This document shows, piece by piece, positions 22,488 to 33,529 of a stretch of 64,000 nt of DNA. Made by a program: the position numbers and the translations under genes. The stretch comes from Heteronotia binoei (lineage: Eukaryota). The notes under the pieces were generated by a model. That model was given only the letters and a program-made list of their open reading frames with translations, did no database searches and was not told the DNA's origin. Within the stretch, counting starts at the first letter, position 1. The number at the start of each line of letters is the position of its first letter. Where the stretch lies: the NCBI RefSeq assembly GCF_032191835.1, contig NC_083237.1:18166001-18230000 (forward strand), written 5' to 3'.

Positions 22488-22772
22488 ACCAGTTTGGTGT
22501 AGTGGTTAAGTGTGTGGACTCTTATCTGGGACAACTGGGTTTGATTCCCCGCTCCCCCCCACTTGCACCTGCTGGAATGGCCTTGGGTCAGCCATAGCTA
22601 TCACAGAGGTTGTCCTCTAAAGGGCAGCTGCTGTGAAAGCCCTCTCAGCCCCACCCACCTCACAGGGTGTCTGTTGTGGCGGGGGGGGGAGGATATAGGA
22701 GATTGAAAGCTGCTCTGAGTCTCTGATGGGGTATAGGGTGGGGTATAAATCTGCAGTCCTCTTCTTCTTCTA
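22488..22772 (+). mobile_element. Squam3-like SINE
   Basis: gagaaccagtttggtgtagtggttaag...cttcttcttc. Paralog 46311-46592. Confidence 0.85.
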
Positions 22773-23179
22773 AAAGCTGCAGGGTGGCAACTGCGATAAG
22801 TGGCAATGGCATGGAAAAGAGTTACACAAAGCCGTTAGGACGTGCCCCAGCCCTAGTGTAAGCTGCAGGGAGGATCCCATTACAGCCCCCCTCACTCACT
22901 GAATGTAATCTTTGGATACAATATGTTGACATTGACTTCAATTACACTTACCTTATTTGCTTAGTTTCTGGACGCCGTCATTTTTACTGGAGGGTAGCGA
23001 TTTTATATTGTGATATATTAAATGTATTAAATGTATACTTTATTATTTTGAATGGTTATGTTGTAACCCACCCTGAGCCTGTTCATGGGAAGGGGCAGGC
23101 TAGAAATCAGATCAGATCAATCAAATCAGAGCATATTGTGGGTAAATGCAACCTTATAAGCAGATAGCACAGCTGCTTC

Positions 23180-23367
23180 CAGTGTCCCTTCTGAGTTAGT
23201 GGAAGCTAGCTCAGTTTTTTAACCTCCGGCTCACACGTTTTTGTCTGAGCTCATGGAAAATGGCCCCAGAGCAAACTAACGTATGCAGTCGCTCACAACT
23301 TTAATGCCAGTAGTTCACATAGTAGAATTTTTGCTCACAGGATCCCACAGCTTTAGAGGGAGCACTG
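23180..23367. mobile_element. hAT MITE (cagtgttccctctaagctg family, reverse orientation)
   Basis: cagtgtcccttctgag ... agctttagagggagcactg. Paralog 47002-47189. Confidence 0.7.
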
Positions 23368-23921
23368 GTACTAATCCTGTTTCAGTTCCCCCAAGTCAGC
23401 AACAGCCATTTAGAACTTTTGCTATCACAGACAACTCAACAGTTCTCTGCTTCAAAAATCTGCCAGTCTGAGGAGTGACGGTTTCCCAAAGGAGGAAAGG
23501 CCCTAATGGGAACATCTCCCATCCTAGCTTCCACTAATGAAGCACCTATTGACCATTCTGAACAATCAACAAATGGTCAGCCTCACAGAGAATGCTCTCC
23601 AGGGCTCATTTTCTAGCAGGAGTTCTTTTGTATATTAGGCCACAAACCCCTGATGTAGCCAATCCTCCAATGAGCTTCCAGGGCTCTTAGCACATTAAGC
23701 CTCTATTAAAAGGGCAGGATTTCTTTTCCTGTCCAGCTGACAACTTTATTCCAGAGTCCTATTAAAATTATGCTGCAACCCATAAAAAAGCAGTTAGGAA
23801 TCCTTGCATGGCATACCAGAGATCTTTGAGGATACTGTAGAGGTGTGCTCACCACACCCATGTAGTGACTTTGCATGGGTTGCACAAAGAATCTCTTTGC
23901 CTTGCCAGCCTCATACTAAGA

Positions 23922-24576
23922 AACACTATAAATAAACCACTGCATTTTTATGTTGCAAATAAATGCTTAAACAATTTATTTCATAATGATGCAATTATAT
24001 TATTATCATCACAAACCAAAATTCATTAAATGTCCATAGAAAAATCAAAAAGATACTTCACACCACTCTTATAAGGTAGCACTTTACAGTCCACTGTCTC
24101 AGTTCTCCTTTGCTTGAAAGACGCAGAGAGCCATTTGTGCAAGCTGCAAAGTAACATTGTATTGTAATGTGTGAGCAATTGCCTTTAGCACGGGTTTCAA
24201 AGCTAAACGAAAAGCGGCCAGCGGAAGGTGAACGAAACACAGAACTGAACCCAGGACCTGTGTAGCCACCGCACCTGCCAGACTTCAGTCTGCCACCCAT
24301 AGGAGGCATCATATACAAGCGCGGTGCTATCTACGTCTTTCAAGCAAAGGAGAACTGAGACAGTGGACTGCAAAGTGCTACCTTACAAGAGTGATGTGAA
24401 ATAACATTCTGATTTTGAAAGTACTACCTTACAAGAGGGGTGTGAAATAACTTTTTGATTTTCCTATGGACATTTAATGAATTTTGGTTTGTGATGGTAA
24501 TAATATAACTGCATCATTATGAAAGAAATTGTTTAAGCAATTGTTTAAGAACAGTGGTTTATTTCTAGTGTTTGCT
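23922..24576. mobile_element. Foldback element with ~200-bp inverted arms, unclassified
   Basis: 23925-24123 is the reverse complement of ~24335-24572 (e.g. cagtccactgtctcagttctcctttgcttgaaag / ctttcaagcaaaggagaactgagacagtggactg). Paralog ~48362-48975. Confidence 0.65.
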
Positions 24577-25130
24577 AATCAGTACACTGCAGTTTCTGGT
24601 TTGCCCAGCCTCATATTAAGATCAGGCCTGTCCATAATTTTATAATGAGCATTCCTCTGAAGAAGCCCAAATGTGTTCATATCCACCCTCCCAGCCCCCT
24701 TTGGTCTGGCCACAGTTCCCATTTCTATACCTTGGCAGCAGTCGAAACAGACGATCCATCCAGCAGAAGGCTCCCTGCAGCGTCTGGGGAAGAAGTACGT
24801 TCTTCTTTGTGCCTTACGGTGGTGCTCAATTCCTTTATTAATGGAGTGAAGGATGGGAAGCACCATATTTTTGCCTTGGCAGAAGAAAGCGTCAGTGTGA
24901 GTGTGTGCAAGGCAAGGCAAGGCAAGAGTACTGCTGCATAAGGAGGGCTGCAGTTTTAATCAGTCACCTGCATCAACTGCGGGATCATATATCCTGGAGG
25001 GCAAAGCCACTTTCCAACAAAAACAGCATCTCTTGGGACAACAGCTCCTCTCCCTCTTCATTATGGTGTGCGATATTTCTGAAAGACTTTCAGAGACAGA
25101 GTAGTGCTCACCACATAATGAATACCTTTG

Positions 25131-25161
25131 AGAAGAAGAAGAAGAAGAAGAAGAAGAAGAA

Positions 25162-25215
<54 letters not shown>

Positions 25216-25472
25216 ATTGGATTTATACCCTGCTCTCCACTCTGAATCTCAGAGCGGCTCACAATCTCCTTTACCTTCCTCCTCCACAACAGACACCCTG
25301 TGAGGTGGGTGGGGCTGAGAGGACTCTCACAGCAGCTATCCTTTCAAGGACAACCTCTGCGAGAGCTATGGCTGACCCAAGGCCATTCCAGCAGCTGCAA
25401 GTGGAGGAGTGGGGAATCAAACCCGGTTGTCCCAGATAAGAGCCCACACACTTAAGCACTACACCAAACTGG
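25131..25472 (-). mobile_element. Squam3-like SINE with expanded (GAA)n(GAT)n tail
   Basis: Reverse SINE ending cactacaccaaactgg; repeat at 25131-25215. The paralog at 49528-49818 has a short tail. Confidence 0.88.
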
Positions 25473-25925
25473 TTCAAGCAGCAAAGCACATCTATATCTT
25501 TTTGTACTCATTTGCTTGAAAATATGGATAACCCGCACTTCAGGTGGCTTGCCTTGGCAGCACTGAAACACCCCTCAGAACAGAATGTCAAAACACAACA
25601 ACTCCGCAAACAAGCACCAGCAATGGATGTCAGAAAGTCAAAGCGGAACAATCCAAAAACTGCATGAACATGAATAAAACTAAGAGCCAAAAAAATCATG
25701 TGGCAATAAAATCATGTGATAAAATAGCAAGAATTTGGAAACAAAGGAATAGAAGGCAGGGGAAAGGGGGGAGGGAGAGGAGGAGAAGGAGGTGACACCA
25801 GTCACAGTTCAACGAAATGCTTAGGAAATGAACCTAGCACCTAACTTCACAAAATGGTCACCAGGTGAACTTCTAGAAGGAGAGAATTGCAAAGCAGACT
25901 ACAGAGATCAGTTGTTCCCCTGGAG

Positions 25926-26135
25926 AAACATATGAAGCTGCCTTATACTGAGTCAGACCCTCAGTCCATCAAACTCAGTCTTGTCTACTCAGATTGGCAG
26001 TGGCTCTCCAGGTTCTCAAGCTGATGTTTTTCACACCTATTTGCCTGGACCCCTTTTAGTTGGAGATGCCGGGGATTGAACCTGGGGCCTTCTGCTTACC
26101 AAGCAGATCCTCTACCACTGAGACACCATCCCTCC
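25926..26135 (-). mobile_element. Squam2-like SINE
   Basis: acatatgaagctgccttatactgag...ggattgaacctgggg..taccactgag is the reverse complement of the 6990-7214 family. Confidence 0.75.
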
Positions 26136-26617
26136 CAAATGGCTGATTTGGAGGGTGAACTGTAAGGTATTTATATCTCCCTGGGGTCCCTTGCCAATCT
26201 CTGCCCCAAATGTCCAGGAATAGAGCTGGCATCCCTAACCTGAAAAGATATGGGAGGGAGGAAACAAGAGTGCCTCAGCCTGACTGACTCTTGCTTGATT
26301 TTAAAATCACTTTGAAATGAAGGCAGCATCCTTGAGGTGGCTATGAGGATGCCAACACATCTAGTTGGGCTCCAACATGCTGCCATTGCAAGTTTGAAGG
26401 TATGTTTGGGGAAAGAACCGGGTTTGATTCCCCACTGCTCCACTTGCAGCTGCTGGAATGGCCCAGGGTCAGCCATAGCTCTCGCAGAGGTTATCCTTGA
26501 AAGGGCAGCTTCTGTCACAGCTCTCTCAGCCCCACCCACTTCACAGGGTTGTTGTGGGGGAGGAAGATAAAGGAGATCATGAGCAGCTCTTTGCATTATA
26601 GCATTGATGTCTACCCA

Positions 26618-26852
26618 GAAGTGACATCATCATGCCGGTGACATTGTGTGCAGTTGCTCTAGGTGTTTCCGGGAAAACTCTATGCTTTTTTCAAATGCTC
26701 TAGCCATTTGGGAGGGGAAAACTCTATGGTACCTATTGCACCATAGAGTTTTCCCTCCCAAATGGCTAGAACGTCCGGGGAAACCATAGAGTTTTCCCCA
26801 AAACACCTAGAGTTTTCCTCAACATCACTATTATGATGATGTCACTTTCAGG
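26618..26852. mobile_element. Palindromic MITE-like element at the duplication junction
   Basis: ctctaggtgtttccgggaaaactctatg..tagccatttgggagggg / ccctcccaaatggcta..catagagttttccccaaaacacctagag, with apex atggtacctattgcaccat. Confidence 0.65.
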
Positions 26853-27794
26853 TGGCATCATTGTGCCAGCAACATAGAGGGAGGTAACCCTCGCTGGCCC
26901 AGTGTGGGCCAGCAGGTTAGGAACCTCCCAGGTGGGGAAACCTCCGCCCAGACCGGGGGCTTGGAAGCCCTATTTGCATATTAGGCCACACACCCCTGAT
27001 GTAGCCAATCCTCCAAAAGCTTTAAAAGGGAAAGGTAATCCCCTGTGCAAGCACCAGTCATTTCCGACTCAGGGCTCTTATTACAGGGCCTACTGTAAGC
27101 TCTTGGAGGATTGGCGACATCAGGGGTGTGTGGCATATGCAAAGGAGTTCTTGCTACCAAAAAAACCCTACTGTTTAAATAATTAAACTCGCTGGTGTCT
27201 CATGTCTTCATCTGGGGGATGCTGGGGCAAATATCTAAGAACCAGGGCTTGGTTCTAATGATGTGATCCTAAGCAAAAGGACTACTTTTAAAGTCCATTG
27301 TCTTAAACGGATCTAGAAGTTTTGTCTCTGTTCAAGATTACACCATAAATTTCCAAAACTTTGTAAAGTTGAACACAACTTCCTTGTAAATCTGAGTAAA
27401 AGTAACAAGGGGGAAATTAAGCATTCTAAAAGAGCATGCCATTTTATCCCTTCCCAGGATACCCCTGGGAAGCCCAATCTCATTTGATCTCACCCAAAGG
27501 GTGACGAACACATGAAATTCATTGCCACAGGAGATAGCGGCTACAAGCATAGCCAGCTTCAAGAGGGAATTGGATCAACATATCGTCCATCAGTGGCTAT
27601 TAGCCACAGTGTATTGTTGGAACTCTCTGTCTGGGGCAGTGATGCTCTGTATTCTTGGTGCTTGAAAGGGGGCACAGTGGGAGGCTTCTAATTGTCCTGG
27701 CCCCAATGGTGGACCTCCTAATGGCACTTGGGGTTTTCTAGCCACTGTGTGACCCAAGGGTTGGACTGGATGGGCCACTGGCCTGATCCAACAC

Positions 27795-28346
27795 GTGTTG
27801 GCCAAAACAGTCACTGTGGTTGTCACTTTCATGGCCACCAAACCAAGGTGCATCATGTGGAAGTGGGTAGGGGAAAGACTTACATACTCCATTGTCCTTT
27901 TTTGCTCCATGATCCAAGTGTGCATCTGTACAGTGTGGTTAGGAACCACTCCCCCCTTCCCCCATGTGGACACAAAGTCAATGATGGAAGAGATCATAGC
28001 AGAATGCAACGAAGAGTCTTCTGTTATGTTTTATACCATTCTGGGCTACATGGGTCCTCTGTCCTCCATCAGCTTCACTGTGGCTTTCTTTGCCCGGAAG
28101 TTGCCAGACAGTTTCAACGAGGCCAGATTCATCACCTTCAGCATGATGATGTTTTGTAGCATTTGGTTGTGTTTTGTCCCAACCTACCTGAGCACCAAAG
28201 GGAAATATACGGTTGCCGTGGAGATATTCTCTATCTTGGCCTCCAGTGCTGGGTTACTGGGTTGTATCTTTTTCCCCAAATGTTTCATGATCGTTCTGAG
28301 GCCTGAACTGAGCAAAAGAGAACAAGTAATAACAAGAAAACATTAA
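27795..28346 (+). pseudogene. V2R pseudogene (3' part of the 7-TM exon only)
   Basis: Paralog of 8464-9015 ([10 protein letters not shown]...[10 protein letters not shown]), fused directly to a CR1 3' fragment. The Cys-rich exon, splice acceptor and TM1-3 are deleted. Confidence 0.93.
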
Positions 28347-29585
28347 ATAGTCGTTATCCCAGATATTTTTTTTTCTTGTGGAACAAAGATAATGTGCCAA
28401 ATTAGGGACCATATTTGGCTGGAAAGGTAGCATATGTATGTTTTAAGCAAACAAACAAATAAAAAGAAGTAGTCTAGGACTTCCTTTGGTTTTCGATTTG
28501 TAACACTCCTTCTTTCTACTCATATGTTTTAGTATGTAACCACTTATTCAGATTGGGGAAATACAAAGCAGTTTGATACACGTTCAATTTAGGTTGCCTG
28601 GTCTGACACAAGAAATATCTGGGGATTGTGGGGCGGAGCCATGAGCTCCAAAGGGAGTTCTGGAAGTCACGCTTAAAGGGACAGCACGCCTTTTAAAAGC
28701 CTTCCCTCTATTTGGAAAGAATGGATAGGGGCTCATTGGGGTCTCATAGTATTGGAACCCCTGGTCCAATCTTTTCGAAACCTGTGGGACCAGTTGAGGA
28801 GAGGCCACAGATGCTATGATGAAAATTTGGTGCCTCTACCTCAAAAAATAGCCCCCCCCCAGTGCCCCACATTCCCACAGATACCTTTTGGGAATCGGTC
28901 TCCAAAGGGTATAACGGAGTACCCAGCAAACATCCCCACCCCCAGTTTTCTGATAACCCTGAAGTGGGGGGGAGGCCACCAAACTAGGGGATCCCTTTCA
29001 ACCACCTGGGTGTTGGCAACCCTCATTCAGTTGCTCCGTTGACCAAACAGATTGAGTGATCAGCTTATGTCTGATCACCTCCTTCAAACATAGTGAGCTC
29101 AACTGTCGAATATGTTTCCTGCAAAGATTGCAACCTCCCTACATAGAGCCCATTGACATTTGCAGACGTGTTCTCTATTTGAGTCCCCCACCCACGGACA
29201 AATTAAGATACGTTGAGGCCCAGAGTTACTCCAAATTTAAGAAGCCACCTTATTAACAAAAATATGCTAGACAGTGTCTGAAAGACTGTTTAGGAAGAAA
29301 TTCATTTGTGTGGTAGTTTTTTATTCTGCCCTTTCTCTGAGGAAGTCAAGGTGACATACAGAGTTGCCAAATCTCCAGAATTCCTGGAGATTTGGGGGTA
29401 GAGCCTGGGAAGGTGGGTTTTGTGAAGGAGAGGGACTTCAGCAGTAGAGCATGGTAGTGTAAAGTCCATACTCCAAAGCAGCCATTTTCTTCAGGGGATC
29501 TGATGGAAATTGGTTGTAATTTCAGGAGGCTGGCACCCCTAGTGGCATGCATAGCCCACTCTTTGGTGTAGTGGTTAAGTGTGCA

Positions 29586-30007
29586 CAGGGCCGGTGCATG
29601 GGAGTAGGCAAAGTAGGCGGTCACCTAGGGCGCCACATGGCCTAGGGTGCACCACTGGGTGTCCCCTCCCTGACACATGACTCTGGCTCCTGACCGCTGT
29701 CACCTTGTTCTTTCCCATCGCCAAGCTGCCCTCAACAAAGCCAAGCCACCCCCTCTCCCCACTGTGTGACTTTGCCTCCCACCTTATCCTATCCTGCCAC
29801 CCTCCTTCCTAACATGACTGGCAAGCACCTCTTCTCACAATTTTTAATAACATCACTTTTATAAAAAAAATTAAAAATCAGTATATTAAAAATGTGAAAA
29901 GTTTCAAGTTTGGCGCTCTTCAATTTCCCTATATTTTTAAATAATGGGGGGGGGGGGTGCTAGTGGGTGATTTGCCTAGGGCGCCAGAAAGCCTAGCACC
30001 GGCCCTG
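29586..30007. mobile_element. hAT Tip100-like MITE inserted in a SINE head, copy B only
   Basis: Perfect 12-bp TIR cagggccggtgc / gcaccggccctg. Absent at paralogous 10588-10612, where ~23 bp present in A are missing in B. Confidence 0.75.
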
Positions 30008-32862
30008 CATTTGATTCCCCACTCCTCCGCTTACAGTTGCTGGAATAGCCTTGGGTGAACCATAGCTCTCGCAGGAGTTGTCCTTGAAAGGGCAGCTGCT
30101 GTGAGAGTCCTCTCAGCCCCACCCACCTCACAGACAATACTCCCTCTAAGCTGTGGAGTCTTGTGAGCAAAAATTCTGCTTCGTGAGCTACTGGCATTAA
30201 AGCTGAGAGCTACTTGCTCCGGGGCCATTTTTCCTTAGCTAAGACAAAAATGTGTGAGCCAGGAGCTAAAAACCTGTGAGCTAGCTCACACTAACTCAGC
30301 TTAGAGGGAACACTGTTCACAGGGTATCTGTTGTAGGAGGAGAAGATAGAAGAGATTATAAACGGCTCTGAGTCTCTGATTCAGAGAGAAGGGCGGGGTA
30401 TACATCTGCAGTCTTCTTCTTCTTCTCTTTCATTTTATCGTCACAACCATCCTGTAAGGTAGGCTAGGCTGAGAGACAGTTATTAGCCTGAAGTCACCCA
30501 GGGAGCTTCATGGCAGAGCAGGGTGAACCATATCTGAGTCTGACACAAACTCTACATCATACTGTATTGAGTCCTTTCTCGCCTATCTGCCTCTGATGCC
30601 AGGAGATTTTAATCACTGTCTGAGAGGAGTCTCAGAACTGGGCCATTTGCTTTCATTCAGACTAATGGCCTGTGGGCAGGTCAGATGCCACAGAGATGTG
30701 TAGAGAGGCCTAGGCCCAAAAGGGTTTGGGAGCTTTGGTGGAAATGTGGGCAGAAAGTCCAGCACAGCTGCCTTAAGAGATGTATTTCACTGGCTTTTCC
30801 TGTCCTTCTTTCCCCATTCACCTCCTTATTACAGATCTCATCCCCTGTGACTTTGCTCCATCGTGCAGGTGTCATGGTCCTTAGCATAGCCATTTTGGGT
30901 GGTTACAGGGGTCCCTTCCTCCTTTCTTCATCAGCAGAAAAGTTGATGAGATACAAATTCAATTCTAGACCCAGGGGTTCCACCTCTCCCGCTTGGAGTC
31001 ATCAATACACATGACAACAAAAGACTTGTTAACTGTTTATTCTTCAGTAAGGGAAATTAGTCTCTGAGGAGATCCTGTTTTGATAGGAAGAAGAACTACC
31101 CTCCACAGACAAGTTCTCAAGGGTCCTGTATTTCTTGTAGTTTTAAGAAGTCTGTTAAGGAACTCTAAAATGGCTTGCAAAAAACCAGATATGAGCACCA
31201 TAGCAATTTACAATCTGACCTTCCCAAAGTTGTCTTCTCTATCCTCTAACAAGACTACATTTAAGCTCAGAGTAAGACACACACCAGATTTCATCACTAG
31301 GTTATGTCCTGAGTTGGTTAGAGAGCACTTCACCTTGTACCAAAGAGGCACAGAAATGTGGATGATTACCAAAGCAAGAGGGGCCGAGATAAGAAACTCA
31401 GAGGAAAGTTTCTTAGAGTGTCATTTCTAAAGAACAGATGGAAAGGTCATGCAGCATTCTGCATTCCCAGGACACAACAGATGGTTTCACACCACCTTAC
31501 GCTGGTGTTCCGTAGTTACTTAACCTGCTATCCAGAACCTTGCAAGAGAACCCTGGGGTCAATTTTTAGCCATCTGCCTAGTGTTAGCTGATATTTTGGC
31601 AAATAATTCTGAACTTTATTAGCCTCATGTCGACCCAACAGGCACTTTGCAAGCAAGTGCAAGTTGGAGATAACGCTGATACATTGAGATGGAATTTCAT
31701 TCTTATTTTGGATCGCAGTTTTTAGGAAAGCAAAGAAGACCATACAGGATTCAAGTCTGGTCTAAGCCATATCATCTATTAGTAAGGACTCACAGTCGAT
31801 GTTCCCTCTAAGCTGCAGAGTTTTGTGAGCAAAAATCCTACTTTGTGGGCTACTGGCATTAAAGTCATGAGCTACTGACATTAAAGTTGTGAGCTACTGC
31901 ATAAGTTAGTGTGCTCTGGGGCCATTTTTCCTAAGCTAAGACAAAAATGTGTGAGCTGGAGGCTAAAAAACTGTGAGCTACCTCACGCTATCTCAGCTTA
32001 GGGGGAACACTGTTCACAATCCATCCACACATCATTGGGTTTTGAACTAAAATAATAATCCAGTCGGACCACTGCAAAGGAAACCTTTCTGCTGCATAAA
32101 TCGATGCTTTGGTTCTGACTTGAGGTAAAGAAAATGGGAATCAGTACCTGGGCAAAGGAGGCTGAGGTAGGAACCACAGCGGTATGGGTGTGAATAGCAC
32201 CACCTTCTAGCGAAAAGGTGGGGAAGACTGAAAGACGGGAACACTCATAGCATCACCCACTGTCAGTCACATTTCTGATCTTTCCTGGTTACTTTGACTC
32301 ACTTGATCATCATCCCAAAAAATTGCTGTGTGTTAAATTCTTGCAAAAGGAGGAAGGTGGAGCTTGAGAATGGGAGTAGGGCGCAAAGAACAGCCATGTG
32401 AAGAAGCCTGAGGGCCAAGGCAGATGGAGACCTTAGAGAAGAAAACAAGGCGTGGCTGCTTGTATTTCAGTACTAAATGTTTCTGAGCCAAGAAAGGGAA
32501 GCTGAAGAACTTGGCGCCGAATGACAATATAGATACAGTGGGCATTTCAGAAAACTGGAGGAACAGGGAAAGTCTATCCAACACCATTATTCCTGGATAT
32601 AAAGTCTACAGAGAAGACAGGAAGGAACATACTTGGGTGATGGTGTTCTGTATATCAAATAGGAAGACAGTCTAATTTTCAACATATACTCACACATCCT
32701 CCTTTTTTCACACTCACAATTAGTCAACAGTTGGCTAGTTGGTTTGACTGAGACGTAGGATGAGATGAACTACTGGTTTGTTGTACCCAAGAATTATTTA
32801 GATTTTTTTTAAAGTATGCCCTGTTTTCCAATTTTAGTGATTACTGGATTTATATTTTGTAT

Positions 32863-33529
32863 CCTTAGCACAGGGATCCCAAGTTTTTGAGCCTCTTGAT
32901 ACTATTGGAATTCTGGCCTAGGGTGGTCGGAAACATTGACAAACAGCAACAGCAGCAGTGGAAGAGAAGGAGGAAGAAGAGATTGGACTTATACCCCATC
33001 CTTCGCTACCTGAAGGAGTCTCAGAGAGACTTGCAATCTTCTTTCCCTTCCCCCAACAGACACACTGTGAGGTAGGTGGGGATGACACAGCTCTGACAGA
33101 AACGGCTCCTTAACAGCCTCAGACAGAGTTATGACTGACCCAAGGTCTACACCAGCAAGGGCATATTGAGGAGTGGGAAATTAAACCCGGTTCTCCCAGT
33201 TAAGAGAACGCATACTTAACCACTACACCAAACTGAGTCTCAAACTGGTGCCAGAAAAGTTCTCAGTGGGTATTATGGCATTCAGGTCAATGGGGACCCC
33301 TGCCTAGCACATAACCGGTTGCTAGAATTCTGTATGAAGAATATCTCGCATATTGCAGGGGAGTCAGATGAAATATCCCTTTACTTCCTATGAACTGAAA
33401 CTGAGATGGTAACTCTTCCTTTTTTTCAGACATGGATGTCTGTTCTAAATGTCAAGAAATCAATATCCAAGCATAGACCATGATCAATGTATTCTCAAGA
33501 AGATAAACTTTCTCTCTTATGAAGAACCA
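32863..33529 (+). pseudogene. Displaced V2R intron/last-exon 5' fragment (exon part 33430-33529)
   Basis: Homologous to 7547-8213, including ttttcag|acatggatgtctgtt...tatgaagaacca; frameshifted; flanked by two copies of the 13316-13845 homolog. Confidence 0.88.

Larger units (their letters stand above)
4530..26590 (+). repeat. Segmental duplication copy A (V2R 3' exons, OR+, OR-)
   Basis: Colinear high similarity to 26725-58640, e.g. 4535 atggtacctattgcaccatagag = 26727; OR 14956 ~ 35570; OR 21458 ~ 45855; 25900-25935 = 50400-50435; 25929-26590 = 58074-58640. Confidence 0.95.

Noticed and set aside
25910-25928. O/E (EBF)-like site tcccctggaga as an OR promoter element (also ttcccagggag at ~18248)
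   Set aside because: The matches are imperfect, lie in or beside repeat fragments, and have no adjacent homeodomain site that I can support. The OR promoters cannot be located from sequence alone.
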